This document shows positions 38,325-53,909 of a stretch of 64,000 nucleotides of DNA, one piece after another. The stretch comes from Tubulanus polymorphus (Eukaryota; Animalia; Nemertea). Each line of letters starts with the position of its first letter. Position 1 is the first letter of the stretch. Below the pieces are notes generated by a model that was not told where the DNA came from, did no database searches, and saw only the letters and a program-made list of their open reading frames with translations. The translations under genes were made by a program, and so were the position numbers. The stretch is from assembly GCF_964204645.1 (NCBI RefSeq), contig NC_134035.1:4774001-4838000 (forward strand). Direction: 5' to 3'.

Positions 38325-40056
38325 AATGCGGTTCATGGACTCCAGTTGTTCTGTTATATATAAAAATACGATAAAAGCGTTAAATGTTGACTGATGATGA
38401 TTGCTGAAGGAAAATAATGCATTTTATTATTACGTTTTTTTTTAAGACAAAAAGTTATGAATGACTATTATGTAGTAAACGGTCCGTTGGTTTGTGTCTT
38501 GATGAAGTAAAATTTATTTCAAGTGCCAATATTCGTTTAAAAATAAAACGATGAACGTAGAGCTATTTACCATTTATGAGCGTACAATAGGCATGTGTAA
38601 AGCTGTTAAATGTGTTATAATGGATGCATAGTGCGTGTTGTGCAATATTGAGATTATCGTTTGCGGCATGGAAAATTCTCACGTGAAAAAGTCTATTTTT
38701 CCTCTTTGCTGAAAGCGTCTGAAAAGTAACAAACTTACGGCTTATCAAACTGAACTTACGGCTTATCAAACTGAAAAAGGTCACATTTGCGATTAAAGTT
38801 GTGTACTTGTCTTTATCTATACGGTTAACGTAAGCCACTTAATATAGTAAAAACAGATTTTTTCAGCGTCCACCCCCGGGGACAGTCGCTTGAAATTTAA
38901 GGGTAAGCCGTCAGGTGGCTATCATAGTAATGATACGATTTTGATTGTCACTGCGGTATCTTGTCCACCTGGTCAATTTGAACCATGTACTCAAAAACAG
39001 ACTCATTTAAAGAGTTTTGGTGCCTTATCCCTTTCAGTGTTGTATAATCGATTCTCAAAAGTGCTGGAGATGATTTGAAAGGGTTAAAAAATTCCACCCC
39101 AGTGTGTTGAAGAACAGGCTATAGTGGCTATAGTGCATCATCGCGGTTTATCGTTAGTTACTAATATTTCACTATGTTTGACAGATGGTGCCAATTTATA
39201 CACCGCACTGCGATGTATACGCGCTGAAAGGGTTAACCAACTTTTGAGTAACTCACCCCGAGATACCTGTCCCTGTAGGTGCTATGTATATGTGTATTTG
39301 AGTTGATAGATATGTACCAGTACTACTACAGTTTTTGAAAATGGCTCATAGATTTGAGTTGAAATGTCAAACTATCAGATAGTTTTTCTTTTTGATTGTG
39401 GGTTTTTGTCGACTAATTGATATTGGACAGCCACTTGTCTATGGAAACCAAAATGTACCAGTACGTCGCGTGTAAGGACGCACTTGATGGTGGTAGTTTT
39501 TTCGCCCCGCAGTAACGTTTGTTACGTTGTTCGTTTTTGAAAGTTGTTTGTTAAACGGTTCGTTAGTAATGGTTTCGATCGTCTTCCAATTAGTGGATCG
39601 TAATTAATAAGTTTTTTTTATCGATAATCGTATGATGTAATGAGTAATTAATCGATTTCGAGAGAGAGAGAGAGAGAATATTTGATAGTTTTTGCGTTCG
39701 TTAACATTGTCTTGTATTTCATAAGGAAACGAGTGTAACTTGTGATAAATATATGTATGAGTATCATATAATACATGTCCTATAATACCATATAGATACT
39801 GATAGATATGCACTATTTAATCTTACAAAGCTGATACCTATTTCTAAACTATTCTTCTGTTCATTTCGATTCAAGTTATTTTGCGCCCCGGTTGTTGAGT
39901 TTGTGTATTAAGTTTGAAGATGAAGAGAGGATTATAGTATATTGAATGCGTATACAATGTGTATGTCTATATCTAACTGACTCAGCTAGCTAGTACTAAT
40001 CCTCCAGGAGGTCTCAGCTAGCTAGTACTTCTCCTCTTAGGGGTCTCGGCTAGCTA

Positions 40057-40230
40057 CAGTGGAACCTTGTTACAATGAACCTGGATATAACAATTCATCG
40101 GATATAACAAATATGTAATTTTGTTCCAAGTAAGACAATTTTATTAATTTCATACTGGATATAACCAACAATCGGTTATAACGAACATATTTTCTGGTCC
40201 CGTGAAATTCGCTGTAACGAGGTTCCACTG
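40057..40230. mobile_element. Tigger-like MITE inserted in a short tandem repeat
   Basis: TA|CAGTGGAACCTTGTTACA...TGTAACGAGGTTCCACTG|TA, inside CTCAGCTAGCTAGTACT repeats (~39980-40355). Confidence 0.75.
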
Positions 40231-42883
40231 TAGCGCTACTCTTGTTGGAGATCTCGGCTAGCTAGTACTACCGTACTCCTCTTGGAGGTCTCAGCTAGCT
40301 AGTACTATCCCCCTTGGAGGTCCCAGCTTGCTAGTACTATACTCTTCTTGGAGGTTTCGTGCTGCGAGTTATGTTTTAAATCGGCTACTACGTAAGTTTG
40401 TTGTTATTTGTTTGTTAACTCATAAAACTTATGAATGATTAGTTGAAAAAAAGAGCAGGGACCCATTACATAAAACGACTTTGAAGTTTTATTAGTCACA
40501 GTAGCAAAATACTGAAATGTTAAGCTATTCTTCGAAACGGGTCCCTGGTGGCTAAGTCCAAAATAGGAAAAGGATAATTAGTAGGCATTATTTCAACTTG
40601 AATATTATTTTTTGGCCGGCGACTGGGCTGCCTTAGGGCAGTGCCGAAGTGCTTTCTCTACTTGTGCTATAGTGATTGACTTTGTTTAACAAGATGGTTG
40701 TTATTTTTTCATTAGTGCTGTTACCTCTATTTTATCTGGGCCACTATATGGACCTAGGGCCAGTTGTATATTGTTAGACAAAAACCTAAGACCAACTTCT
40801 ATAGCCGATCTCTCGATACCAGTCTAAGCTCATTTTGGTTAAACCCAGTGTTAGGGCACCAGTTCTATAGCTAATCTAGATGTTGAAGTCAGGTCTTAAG
40901 ATTTAAAAACACTTTTGGACTCGAGTCAAAAGTGCGCAACCGTGACGATCTGGTCTTAGGTATTCGGTATTTGTGGTTTTAGGAGTGACATAGCCCTATA
41001 TGAGGGACGGCGCTATTCTAGGATACAAAAGTAACCTAAATTGAAACGTAAAATATTAACGTTGATATTTGTGTGTGCGGAAAAATGTTGATAGATGCAA
41101 TCGTTAAAACTACGTACTGGTAGATTATGTTACACGTCATGTTGCTAGGGTTGGTCGGGGTCTGCCTAGTTTCTGTAGTCTTCAGTTAGGTTCGAATCTA
41201 AACCGATGACTGCCGAACTGCGGATACCCCCGGCCGGCGTACTGAACTTGTGCATTGGTTGATTTATGTATAAAGGAGTTTTATTTTTACCAATTTGTAA
41301 ATATCTATATGAATATATATATCTGGTTGCATCTAAATAAATGATATTGGTACAGAGTGTAATCGATTTGATTGGTCTATTTTGAGTATTATCCATTCGA
41401 CCTCGCGGATGTATGGTGGACTCGGCTAAATTCAGATTTTTTGTTGAAGATTTTCAGAGCCAGCACAAATCAAATGGTCCTACAAGATGTGACCTGAGCC
41501 GAGTCTACTGTAAATCGGGATCTTATTAATTTCAACAAACTCGAGGAGACAGGAAATTTGTTTGATACAGGATCCAGTTAGAGTTAAAATTAGTTAATTT
41601 TCAAAGAGTTAACTCTGGGTCAAATGTTAACTCACAACTGTGGAACTGGATCCTGTAGTATAAATAACACAGTGGAACCTCGTTACAACGAACTTCAGGA
41701 GACCGTATACAACCACACCTGACTTGATCAAGTTGCTGAAATATTTAATTCCAATCCCTGGCCAAGTGTGGAAGTTTTTTAAAGGTTCCAACTTCATGTT
41801 CGCAGGAGGCTTGCTGAAAACATCTGCAACGGAATCAGGAACATGTAATCAACTTCACTGGGGTTCGTCGATGGTAAAATGGTTGAATTCCTCAAGAACT
41901 CATCTATCCATAGCTGCAAATAATACATACAAGGTATGTGCCAGTTGTTTCATTCAGGGGTGGAACGAGCAAATAAACCTCCTATAGACTCACAATCAAA
42001 AACACAGTTATAATATTCAATATCATATTTATTTATAAATATTTATATACATCTGATCACCTATTAATGCTATAACAAGTATCCAGGAGTTACCGCAGGT
42101 ATCTAGATTCATTAAATATTCACTCAACTTATAGTCCCTTACCGAACCCACTTACATCAGGAAATATTGACTAGATGAGTTTATTTGACCACAGATTTTA
42201 ATTGAATGCAAGATCCAGCAGTGTTGTCCAAATGTACCCTAGCGAAACCTAGTGGTATCTCGCTTGCGGCAAGCAGAATCCTCGATTGCTACTTTGAGTC
42301 CTCTTTCTTCGAGGAATGTCACCATTACGATATATCAATCATATTGCTTAAGCCAACCGTCTTCAACTCGACAAAATCTCTATACTTTACGTTCAACTAG
42401 TTAATCAATATACAATACTTTAATGGTCACAAAGATTACCCTCAATCTAAATACAACGATTTTAAATCAAAATCATCACCGTACGAATTAAAGCATCTTA
42501 TTGACGATAAATTCATTAATTAATAAACAATGCGAGGAATTAACAATATATACATATAAATCATAAAGAAGAAACAGTTTTGACTAGAATTGACTTAGGA
42601 CAATATCATCATTAACCAAGGGCGGATCCAGGGCCAATTTTGAAGGACTTGTCATATCACCAAAGATCACTTCAATGTCCAAAAAGGCAATATTAAGCGG
42701 AAATGCACTAGTTGATAAAATGCGCTCAAAAAAATTTGATGGACTTGTACAAGTCCGGTAAGTCCCCCTGGATCTACCCCTGCAAATCCTCTAATTCCCT
42801 ACACACCACCGGGTAAAGGCAGTATTTGAGCAGCTTATATAAAGGTGGAACGTCGTCGTCGCGTGTCGGATACGATTCAATCA

Positions 42884-45800
42884 TCAGCCGAATATGTCCG
42901 ATATATCGTTCGGTTTCGGCTTGTTCTGATTGTTAATACTCTGTTGCGACGGCCCGCCGCCGAATAGGCTGTCGAAATCGTCGTCGCGTCGTTGTTGGTT
43001 AACGACGCTTTGTTGCTGTTGTCCGTTCGTGATCGCCAAGTTACCGAAGAAGCCCTGATTCGACTGCGGCCCCGGCGCCGGGCGGTAATACTGGTTCGCC
43101 ATGCCGCCCGGCTGCGGTATCATACCCGCCGGCGATCCCATCACGCCCTGATGATATCCGATCATTCTCTGCGGCTGCTGCTGACCCATGAATCCTTGTT
43201 GCGGTTGTTGTTGGTATCCCATGTACGGTTGTTGCTGCGTCATCGCCGCCGGTCGAGCAATTTGGTTCAACGACGGTCTCGGCTGATTCGACGACGTTTG
43301 AAGTAAACTGTCGAACGCCGATAAATCGACCGTCGCTTGTTTCGGGGGCATCTGCGACGCGGCCGCTGCGCCGTACGACGGTTGACCGATCCCTCCGCTG
43401 AACGAATTCGACTTCGCCGGTCCATACATCGTACTCGTGCTCGCCATACCCGGTCCGCTTGGGTTGTAATTCACCCCTTGCCCGTGCGTCGTCGATATGT
43501 TATAATTAGGCGCGCGGTTTGAGTTCAGCCCGGTCGACGCATCCATGAAGTTGGAATTGACGAGCGACGACGTGAGATCTTTAACGCGCGGTTTGTTCGC
43601 GGTCGGCGTCGATTTCGCCGTGATCGGCGCTTGAGTTTTCATCCTCTGTTGAGCTTCTTGTTCACGAGCGAGTCTTTGTTTTTCTTCCATCGTCAAATTT
43701 GTAGCCTGAAAACACGAGATAACAAGATAATCCCGCAATTCTAACAACCGTTAGTTTTTTCTAAAGGGTTTCTCTGAATGATATTCATCAAGACTGGAAA
43801 TAGTCCCAACTATTTATGAATGGGGATAAGACCGTCAATAAAACATTTCATATATGTTCTGCAAAACTTTATCAGTACGGCAATCTCAGGGGTAGGCGAA
43901 AAATATTTCACATTTCTGAACACAGGCAAAAATTTACAAATCCAAAATCCCCCTAGCGAAACCTGTTAGTTGAGGCTGTAAGTTGAGGTGAACTATATTC
44001 AAATATTATCACTCCGAATGAACACATACTTTAGGTGTCTGACTCGTTGGAGAAGTCGGTGACTTTTTGGTATCGGTTTCCCGCGAGTCACCGGAGCTGC
44101 TGTTACTAATCGACACACTACTGATACCGAAACCACTCAGAAATCGATCCATCTGAAAATCGGAATAATAACATAGTTTATAACGCGCGGTGCAGTGTAG
44201 CAATACCCGGGTATCTCCGGTCTAGTGATCCTTACCATCGTGTCCGATTTCGGCGCTTCAGTCGGTACTAAATTGTTCGGGTTGTGCTCGGGTCCAAAAT
44301 TGATCGTTCTGAAAGTTCAACACGCAATATGTAAAATATGTATGTTTAGAGGTCATGCAACCTCACAACAGCATTTCTTGGTTTGGACAGGGGATGATGA
44401 CTTCTCTCCATGGGAGGATGCTTGAGTTGGTTTACTCAGCAAACAGCTCCTCGAATGGTTTGGTCAGTTCACCCATTTTGAAATACGACAAAACAAATGT
44501 GGCTGGTTTAAGCATATCAGTTGATAAACCCATCTAAACAATGTGATTTTTCAGTTACTCTAATGGGTTTGCTCTAAACGAATGCTCCTCAGTTGATGAG
44601 CTCGTTCAGTTCGATAGCTACGAACAAACCTTTGTTCTTGCTGCATGGAATCGAGCTGTTCTAGTTTACTCCTATGTTCCGATTCAACGCGTCCGATCAT
44701 GTCTTTTATCACCGAGATGAAACCATTAAACTACAAAACAAAATATGTGATCGCTAGTAATAAGTAACTAAAGCCGCCGCAATCCTTGAATTTTGCTTGA
44801 GTACCAATAAGAATAGTATAATTCATGACAGATAGATTGATGTATTCTCAATGATGAAAGTAATGAATAATCCCACAATTGATGATATTTCAAATTTATT
44901 ATTTATCTGGCGGTTATGAGATTTTTCTAAATCCTCCAAATCCAATCTTCATATAATAATGAATGATTCATGCATTATTCATTAGCTTCATTCTTATTTG
45001 CTTACTGCCACCTGACTAAGACATCGAAGTTAGAGGGACATTGATACTTCAACACTAACTATTTTTCATGATCTTTTCCCCGACGATCAGGGAATCATTA
45101 CAAACTCAGTATCAATCAACTCCTCTTCTCATAGACAACAGAAATTCACAGATTTCAAATAACCCATTAAATTCAATAGAATCTTAACGATTTCGTCATT
45201 CACAAACCTGTTTTAAATTGAGATTACTGTCAATGCATAAAGGCAGCAGGAATGGTAAAGTTTTTGTCGCGAGGATGTCCTTCGTTATTCCTAATTTCTT
45301 ATGACTAAATGCTACTTGATAAATACCTGAAAATCAAATTCGTATTGCGCAATTAATATGCGTCGTATTCTTCGGTAAAATATGAGGTTAAAACAAATGA
45401 AATGAACGTACCTAAAATACTCATGAGGACAGCAGGTTCACGCGAGGGAATCTCTGTTAACATCGGAAGCACTTCGTCCAAAACAAACCACTTGTCCATG
45501 TATTCTAATAACTGCCCGATACATACGAGGCAGTTCACACGAACCTGGACAAAATTATCAATTCTTAAGTTTAGAATTCTTAAAGCGAAGGATAATTGGA
45601 TACGAAATGTAGGAAAAACTAGACAAAAATTTAAGATAAATACTATGAAAGTTATTTCAACTCAATTGCTACAAGCCTTCATCAAAAAACTGTTGAAGTC
45701 TTTCTTTGGACTGTTGGTTTGTCTATGGAAACTACAATACTATAATTGCTTCTTGCGAACAATGTAGACAAAGAACTAGCTTACCAGGTAGTTACGTGAT

Positions 45801-48800
45801 CAGAGTAAAAAAGTAAATGTTTTAGTTTGATAAACAACTGTCCCCAATTTCATGTAGCAAAATTGTGATTAGTAGCTTATAACAACCATCTAATTTCAGT
45901 AAACTCGATGATTAAAACTAGTTGTAATTATCTTTGTGAAACTCGACTCACCCCTAATAATGATGTAGCCAAACAGAGTTTACGAATTCTCGGCAAAATG
46001 GCGTTCTTCATACTGCTATATTCGATCAAACTGGCGAACGTAGGAATAACGCTTAGACAAATCTCCTAATGAAAATAAACAAACATAAAACATTCAATGC
46101 TCAGAACCACCAGACAGGGTTCTGCAGAATTTTCTATCTTACATTCTCAAATTTGCCTGATCTGAAATTCAGGGGCAGGTTTTACAGACTGGTGTTACCT
46201 TTAACCCCAGGGTTAATTTAATTCATTTTCAATTAAGTTAGCCCCAGGGTAAAAGGTAATACCGGTCTATAAAACCGCGCCCTGATTTCTACAAAAAAAT
46301 TTAACAGTTTTATTGAATGTATTGATCAATTAAACAGATGAATACTATAGTAATAATGCAGTTTTCACTGTCAACTATTGATCCTTTAACTCTAAAAAAG
46401 TTTTGAGCAACTAGCCCTGAATCTGATTTGATATTCTAGACTATTCTAAACGCAACTAAATGTAGCGTTACCTGTATTTGAGGCGAATTGCTTTCCAACG
46501 CTCGGAAGATCATTGGTAAGATATGATTCTTGACATCGGCGGGCGGCGTTTTCTGCAGCAATAAACTCATATTCTGCATGAAAATCAACGAAATCTGCAA
46601 AAAAAAATATATCAATTTCTAGTCATTGCAATCCCTTTTTCCATCTCTTCTTTCTACAGCGGCAGATCCAAGCGGTGTTTGGAGATCCTTCCAGAAACTG
46701 TGGAGACACGTTAGTTTCTTTGACCTCAACAAATTGAATAGTGATATCACAACTTTCACTTCTGGTAAATCAATCAAATAATCAATCTGAAGATTAGCAT
46801 GTACATTAGGAACACCCCTGGACCCAGTTTCACGAAAAAGTGTGCAGGGTAAGCCAAAAACGGTTAAGTTTGATATGTTGTCCTCATTAAAAACATGAAG
46901 TAACCAATAGCAATTACGACTTTGTGTGAAACTGGGCCCTGGTTTCTCTTGATGACACTAACCTGTACGGGGTTCTCGATGGCGAATGCCGGTTTCAGCA
47001 ACGGCAGACAGTGCGTTACGTACTCGCTGTCTGTAATCTGTTCGGCGATCGCGAGAATGCTCGGCAAAACGAATGGAACCATATCGGCGTTGACGAATTC
47101 ACTGAATAAACACGGTAATATTCTCTGCAAATGAACTCTCTGAAACACAATACGAGTTTAGTGAGAAATATTCATTCTCTCAACCCACATGAGCATGACA
47201 TGAGTTTCTTTATCCCTCAACCCACATGAACTCCACTCTAGTTACTTCGAGGTTTTTTTTAACCTGAACTCACTCGGGTCCGAGATTTCTCCCAAATCAC
47301 TGAGCTCTGTTTCTTTTCCCCTCACCTAACTGATATTTCTTTATCCCTCAACCCACATGAGCACCGCTCATAGTCTTCGTTCAATTTTTGTTTTAACCTC
47401 AACCACTAAGATCCATGATTTTTATGTTCTCTCAACTCACTGAGCTCCGTTTCTTTTCTCCCTCAACCCACTGAGCCCCACTCAGGTTCAAGGTTTCTTT
47501 TACTTATTGACGGGAAGAGGCCATAGAAGAACTGTGAACCAGGAAACTCTACAACTACCACCACAATTCAAATTCACAAATCCTGTATCAACGAGACACC
47601 ATGCTCATACTATTTTCTGGTAGTAGCTTACCTTTGGAAGTTTGACGACGACTTGAGGGAGACCTTTGAAAAACTGTGATTTCTGTAGATTATCGTGTTG
47701 TATCATAGAATCTAAATACTGCAGCGTCGTAACGCCGACATCTTCGAAGAACGGAATCTAAAATGAAACCGAAAATGAAGAATATTAAACCAATAAACGT
47801 CATCAACGGGTGGGTTGAAGAAATCAGAATCGTAAAATGGGTGGGTACCTTTGAGAGTTGATTTGCGTCTGGTCGAACACTCGGTTCGGCGTTCAGTAAC
47901 ATTTTCACGTGATCGCGAACCTCTGACGGAATACTACCCAGCAGTGATACCTTCATACGTCTCAACTATAAACAATATAAAACCACTATTAGTTCGTACT
48001 GAGCTTAATTTCATTTCATGGTCTAGGCAGCGCTCGAGTCACTTTTCAGATTGTAGAAATTTTGTCCGATTTGCGAGTGACATCCGAGTTAGATGGTACG
48101 GTAGACGCTTCACTTCAGGTCAGATATTTTTGGACAGGATAAATCTCTCCGATTTGAGAGTGATATCTGATTTGGATGGTATATAGAGGTCAGAAAATAT
48201 CCGAGTTGAATGGTTATCTCTGACTTGACCAGACATCTTTCAGTTGAATAGTTACCTCTATTACATGCAACATATTTCCACAATTTCTAAAATCTATATT
48301 CAGAATCCGATTGATTTTGAGTGACCCTTACCTCTTGTACGTTTTTATCGAACGTGCTGATTTGATTGTTGCATTCGTACAACGGTTTCCCCTGGTTGAA
48401 CACGGCATACATGAGCACGCCGAACGAGAACATGTCACTGGCGATGCTACACGAGCCGGTCAGTTTGTACTCGGGCGCGAGATTGTTCAACGCGGGCTGC
48501 GCTACGTGGGGCAACTCTGGTTCCCAGTCGATGAACGTGAATGCCGGCTGTGAAATAATAACCACGAGAATTCTGTACTTAATCATTAACGGGTGGTTCT
48601 TATATCACAAAGTTCTTACAGATCAAGGAATCCACAATTCCATGATTTATTCCCCTGGCCCTCAAAAATTTCCTTGATTACCACCAAGAACAACAAGATA
48701 GCAAAAATCCAAATTCCCTGATTGAATGAGAAGATCTTCTTGTCTGATTCATGGATATTAACGGTTGGAAGTTGTTGTGGGTGGCCTGAAACCCCCGATC

Positions 48801-50863
48801 TGTCACTGCTTCAAGTATCTATTGTATGTAATCAATTCAGGATGCTTACAGATCATGGAATACAAAATTCCCAGTCAAGATCAAAAATCTATATTCCCCA
48901 CCTTTTCCCTGATTTTCAGGAAAAGTGAGAATTCCCTAATTTTCCCTGCATGTTCAAAATTGGCCACCTCTCAATACGTACTTAACGCTTATGATCAACC
49001 CCTTATGAGAATTCATACGATTATTATATTTATAGACTATATTTTCTAACTTAAATCCATTTTTTTATCGACATTTACGACGACGGTGAATAGCTATTTT
49101 ACCTGATCGGCGCTTCCGATGTTCGGAAGAGAGAAATCGAAGCCGCTCAGTTTCCACGCTCCGTTCTTAACGACGACGATCGATTCGGGGCAGACGTTTT
49201 TGTGTAACATCTTCACGTCGTTGTGAAGAAACGTCAGACCGTCGGTGATCTGAAACGAAATGTAATCCTTCGTACACAAACTGACCGAGAATAGACATTT
49301 CTTACTAATTATGATTAAACTATCCAACATTCGTCGAAGATTTTAACTGTAAATGAACTACAAACACCAGATATTAGACGGTTAATCAGCACACTTTCAA
49401 AAACTGGTCATACACGCTTCACATGTGTTCAGCACTTCATCTGAGACATTTCTAATTGAAAATGAACTACAAACACCAGACATTAGATAGTTAATCAGCA
49501 CACTTTCAAAAACTGATCATACACACCTCACTTGTGTACAGCGCTTCACACATCTTAAGTTGAAAATCAACTACAAACACCAGACATTCTATCAGTACAC
49601 TTTGAAAAACTTTACATACACACTTCAATTATGTTCAGAATTTCAACATCCCCGGTGTTTGTAGTTCATTTTCAGTTATAAATAGATGTTGAAATCCTGA
49701 ACACATGTAAAGTGATGGTGAACTACAAACACCAATCATAATCATATCTAAACATTTTTCGCAAACTGATCAGGACTTAGCAATAGCTGAGGAACGACTA
49801 GAAAGAGGATGGCTCCAGGCTGCGGATACCTGGATAAAAAATGTTGCCAGTTCAGTAATTTGAAAATCACCTGTAGTTCGTACTTACTTGTAACAATCCG
49901 TATTTGATTTCGACGTCGAACAGTTTGCAATCTTTCAATTCGGCCGGTAAAGGATTCGGCACATTGTCGCAGTTGCCGAGCATGTTCGCGAGACTGGCGA
50001 AAACTCGTTCGGTCGCAAACGCCAGACTGTCGCGCGACTCCTCGATCGGGTGCAGCACCGATAGTATTTTCGGGTGTCGTAAACGCGTTAGATTGGCGAC
50101 TCCTTTCTTCAGCACCGACACGATGATCTCCTTGTCTTTTTTCGAATAGCGATCGATCAGTTTCTTTTCGAACATGAAAACGGACGCTTCCTGCGGACGG
50201 GAGATAGAAATTCAGATTCAGATTTCATCGAATTACAAATTCTCGTGAGATGATGAAAATACCGAATCACTTTTCTCAATAATACAAAGCTCGAGTAACT
50301 AAAAGAATACTTTAAGGCAATCCTTCATTCGACACAGTGTAAAATGGATATAAAATGATTTAAGTTAATGCAGTATTTCAAATACCAGATCGATGTGATT
50401 AGTCTCTGCTGAAACTAGTTAATGATAGCATGGACTTTTCTCTATATTCAACTTCGAGTAAATGAAAAATTTTAGGCAATTGTCCAATACAATATACAAA
50501 ACGGATATAAAAAACGATGGTTCATTCAGACTGCACAATTTCACTAGCGATATTAAGGCTGATTTCAAGTACGGGCACTCCCATAAATTAAGCGATTAAC
50601 CCACAAAAAACAGGTTACATATGATTGAATATAGACTATAGTTCTACTTGGCATCTAGTTAAATGAATGTTCGCCGGCTGGCTGGCTGGCTAGCTGACCG
50701 GGTGACTTACTTGTTTCGTAGTTTTCTTCATCGCGTCGTAGATCTTCCACAGACAGCCGGGACCGGCGCTCGCGACGTGATTGCCGACATCGAACTCACG
50801 AGTGACCGGATTGCCGGGCAACGCGCCCGACACCGTGTTCTTGATTTTATATATCATATCCAT
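42884..50863 (-). CDS. SCYL2: SCY1-like protein 2 (CVAK104) pseudokinase, 15 coding exons, ~948 aa
   Basis: Minus-strand exons: 50711-50863, 49888-50190, 49103-49249, 48332-48547, 47849-47965, 47632-47757, 46963-47139, 46472-46594, 45952-46065, 45412-45544, 45208-45326, 44630-44730, 44236-44308, 44030-44152, 42884-43705 (2847 nt). Motifs: GNPVTREFDVG.HVASAGPG..WKIY, LTRLRHPKIL, ESRDSLAFATE.VFASLAN, EIKYGLLQITDGLTFLHN, LAPEY..SDMFSFG, a HEAT region, LTMEEKQRLAREQE, and a low-complexity tail ending DIFG. Confidence 0.95.
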
Positions 50864-50995
50864 CGTGGTGATCCCGAAACTGAAACTGGCTCCCTGCGTA
50901 TCAGTAGAAAAAACAAACAACGTATTTTATATCGCCGCGTAAACCAGACGCGCCTGACCCAGTCTTGCATTTGTGAGTTCATATTAGACACTTAA

Positions 50996-51278
50996 CCGTT
51001 TCAGTGCGTCTACACCGCAGTGCGGTGTACGAATCAGTGATGGATTTTGCTAGTACACTGCACTGCGGTGTATTGATTTAATTAGTAATTACTAATTATC
51101 TCTCTTGAAAGATGGCAGCACCTGTCAAACATAGTGAAATATTAGTAACTAACGATATACCGCGCCAGGGTGTAGACGAACTATAGTGCTATTCCCGTCA
51201 TTCAACACACTAGGGTGGAATTTCTTCAGAATTTTAAAATTATCTTCAGCACTATAGGGTTAGCCAACATTGAAAGGG
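50996..51278. mobile_element. piggyBac-type MITE
   Basis: TTAA flanks, and homology to 31646-31925. Confidence 0.8.
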
Positions 51279-52189
51279 TTAAAGCAAATTGGAAATGGTC
51301 TTTTGGATCCAATGCAACAGTTCTAGACTCCCGGGGTTAACACATTTAAAATGAATTAATTCAACTCAAACTTAACCTACAACTGAGAAAAAGGGTAGGT
51401 CTACTTGTAATTTTGACTACCCAATACACATAGATGTAGCATTGGGTCATTAGTTACAAACCAGCAATTGGATATTGGTCACCATCAGAAAGCAGAAATA
51501 AAGTGTTCAAATCAAATCAAATCAAACCCAGTTCCTCAGTAAGCAGATAGATTATTATGGCTTACTACGATGGTTTCTACCTCAAACTTGATTTCCGGTA
51601 TTTCAAAAACAAAGCAATTTTCATGCGTAAAATATCATCATGGCAGTGACAAAGACAAGATCCTTTTATTTAGAAGCGTACGATATATCGTAGTTTTCCT
51701 ACAAAGCCGAGATGCCCAGGACAGTGGTGCTGTAGGCACAGTCAATAATGTGTAACGACAACAAAATACAATACGCCCCGATGAAGAAATATACATGATT
51801 TTAAAAGCTAGAGTGCTAGATTTAGACAGGGTAGCCACTTTTCCCCCGTTTACGAATTCAGTGAGCGATAACGCAAAATTGAATCTGCTGTAGGTGAATG
51901 GAGAAATTTCCCGGCTTAAAACCTTACAATTTATCATAAAAGAAATAAGTCATCTCGTCAATTGCATATCCTAATTCTCTCGAGTTCGATGGGGTTTTTG
52001 GCAAAATTTGTCAAATTCCCCGAGTTTTCCCTGATTAATTTTCTAATTCCTCAAGTTTTCCAGGCGGGTGGCCACCCTATTAGATAACCTAGTGTCGACC
52101 ATGCACCAACCAACAATCAACGACAATGAACCGATGATTCCCGGACTATATTATAATCATATCTCCCATCACCGCACAATTCCACTTAT

Positions 52190-52224
<35 letters not shown>

Positions 52225-52859
52225 TTCTACCTCAATTTTATTATTAGCATTCTTAACGTTTTCGACTATATTTTTTTTCAATGAACTGATACTGTCCATG
52301 ATGCGCGTGGAAGAACGGCGATCTGAAATAATTGAGAAAGTTTTGAAGAAGCGCGATATTGAGCAGTAACCGATTTTAGAATTTTTAGGATCCGATACTC
52401 CGTAAGAAGGGTCGATCGTAACAACTGAGTATTCATCGAGCTACTACAACAGTTACTCATACACATTATAGATTAAAATGTGGAGGGGAAAAAAATGTGC
52501 TAATCAATTAAAAATAACATTAAGATTAATCAAAGGGGGCAATGGACAGGATCAAGCTAGGACCAGTAACCTATGCTAGCCAGACCCAAGATTGAGCTAG
52601 GCCCAGCGGCAGTAGTAGGGTGAGGCTCATGCCTTCGCAGCCACCAACAGAGCCAAAATTGAGCTAGGCCCAACACTCCAGTCCAAACAGAGGCAGAGCA
52701 AGGATTGAGCTAGGCCCAGTAGTACTCCAAACTAAGGCAGAGCAGGGGTAGGCCCAGTACTCCAAACTGAGGCAGAGCAAGGACTGAGCTAGGCCCAGAA
52801 CTCCAAAACCGAGCCAGCTAGGCCCAATTCTCTCCAAACTAGATCACAATCAACCCGAC

Positions 52860-53300
52860 ACTCGTCCAGTAGGGCCGGCACAGGGAACCCGGAAGTGATT
52901 TTAAAAGTCCTAGTTTTTATTTCTAGCAGCGGACTAACCGGTGTTTCTCAGCAAATATAAGAACGATTCATCGATTAGACAGCTCTCTGTCTCGGTAGCT
53001 GTCTATTTCACCAGTTCCTCCTGTAATCAGCGACTATTCGGCTCGGATACCCCACATTCAAACGACAAATTAATCAGAATTTCGATGACAGTTGTTTGAC
53101 AAGCTGTACCGGAACTACTGAGTAGTGTATCCTAAACCTCGGGTATTGGATTTATTTTTGGAAATAAATCCAAATCCATCAATTACGCTGACCGGATGTA
53201 TCCACTAAATCGCGGTTCGGGACTTGACTGAATTGAATACGAGTTGTCTGTCGCTGATTTTCGATGTAATTGCCTAGCCTACTTATATTTCTATTTTGAT
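52860..53300. promoter_or_regulatory. Putative bidirectional promoter between SCYL2 and CCDC59
   Basis: The two genes are divergent. ETS-like motifs lie at ~52889 (CCGGAAGT), ~53109 and ~53192. Both start-codon exons have acceptors (50893 on -, 53868 on +), so their first UTR exons probably lie in this interval. Confidence 0.5.
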
Positions 53301-53909
53301 GATTCTACTTTGATTTCTGAGTTAAAGTAAAGACGAAAGTTTAGGCCTTTCTACTACGGATGGTTTATTTTGTCACTTTACGTAAAATAACGTAGATAAA
53401 AGGGAAAATGCCCCGACTTCGTTCGGCCGGCGACCCGGTGGGCCCGTGGAGGTCGTGGACGTGGGCATTCCCATTTCTCATCATCATCGTCATCATCCTG
53501 CTATTCTTTACTTTCGCACCATATTAAATGTTCTAGTCTATCAAATAAGAAAAATATGAACATAAAGAGTGGAACATAAAGAGTGCGGCCCGAAAGTAAC
53601 GACAGGAATCACAGTGCAATTGGAAGGGAGTGTGCAGTGTGCACAGTAAATTAATCCATCGGTTTCATGATTGAATATTTCAAAAAATCACCTCTAACCC
53701 TTACACAATAAGCCAGAAATCGATGAAAAACTTATTTAAATTCAACCAGCGTTCAGTCAGGGAAGGGACCTTTTTCTTACACCACCAGTCCCTACTCTAG
53801 ATCAGACCAGAAACTAGTCCTTCAGGAATAATTATCTAATCTAAATTGTGTATTTTCTTGTTATTCAGTTGCTAATGAAGGGAGCTGTAAAATAGATAGT
53901 GAAATCATC

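Noticed and set aside
44385-44890. ATGATGA box C-like motifs in SCYL2 introns (snoRNA?)
   Set aside because: They are antisense to the host transcript, with no convincing box D or terminal stem.
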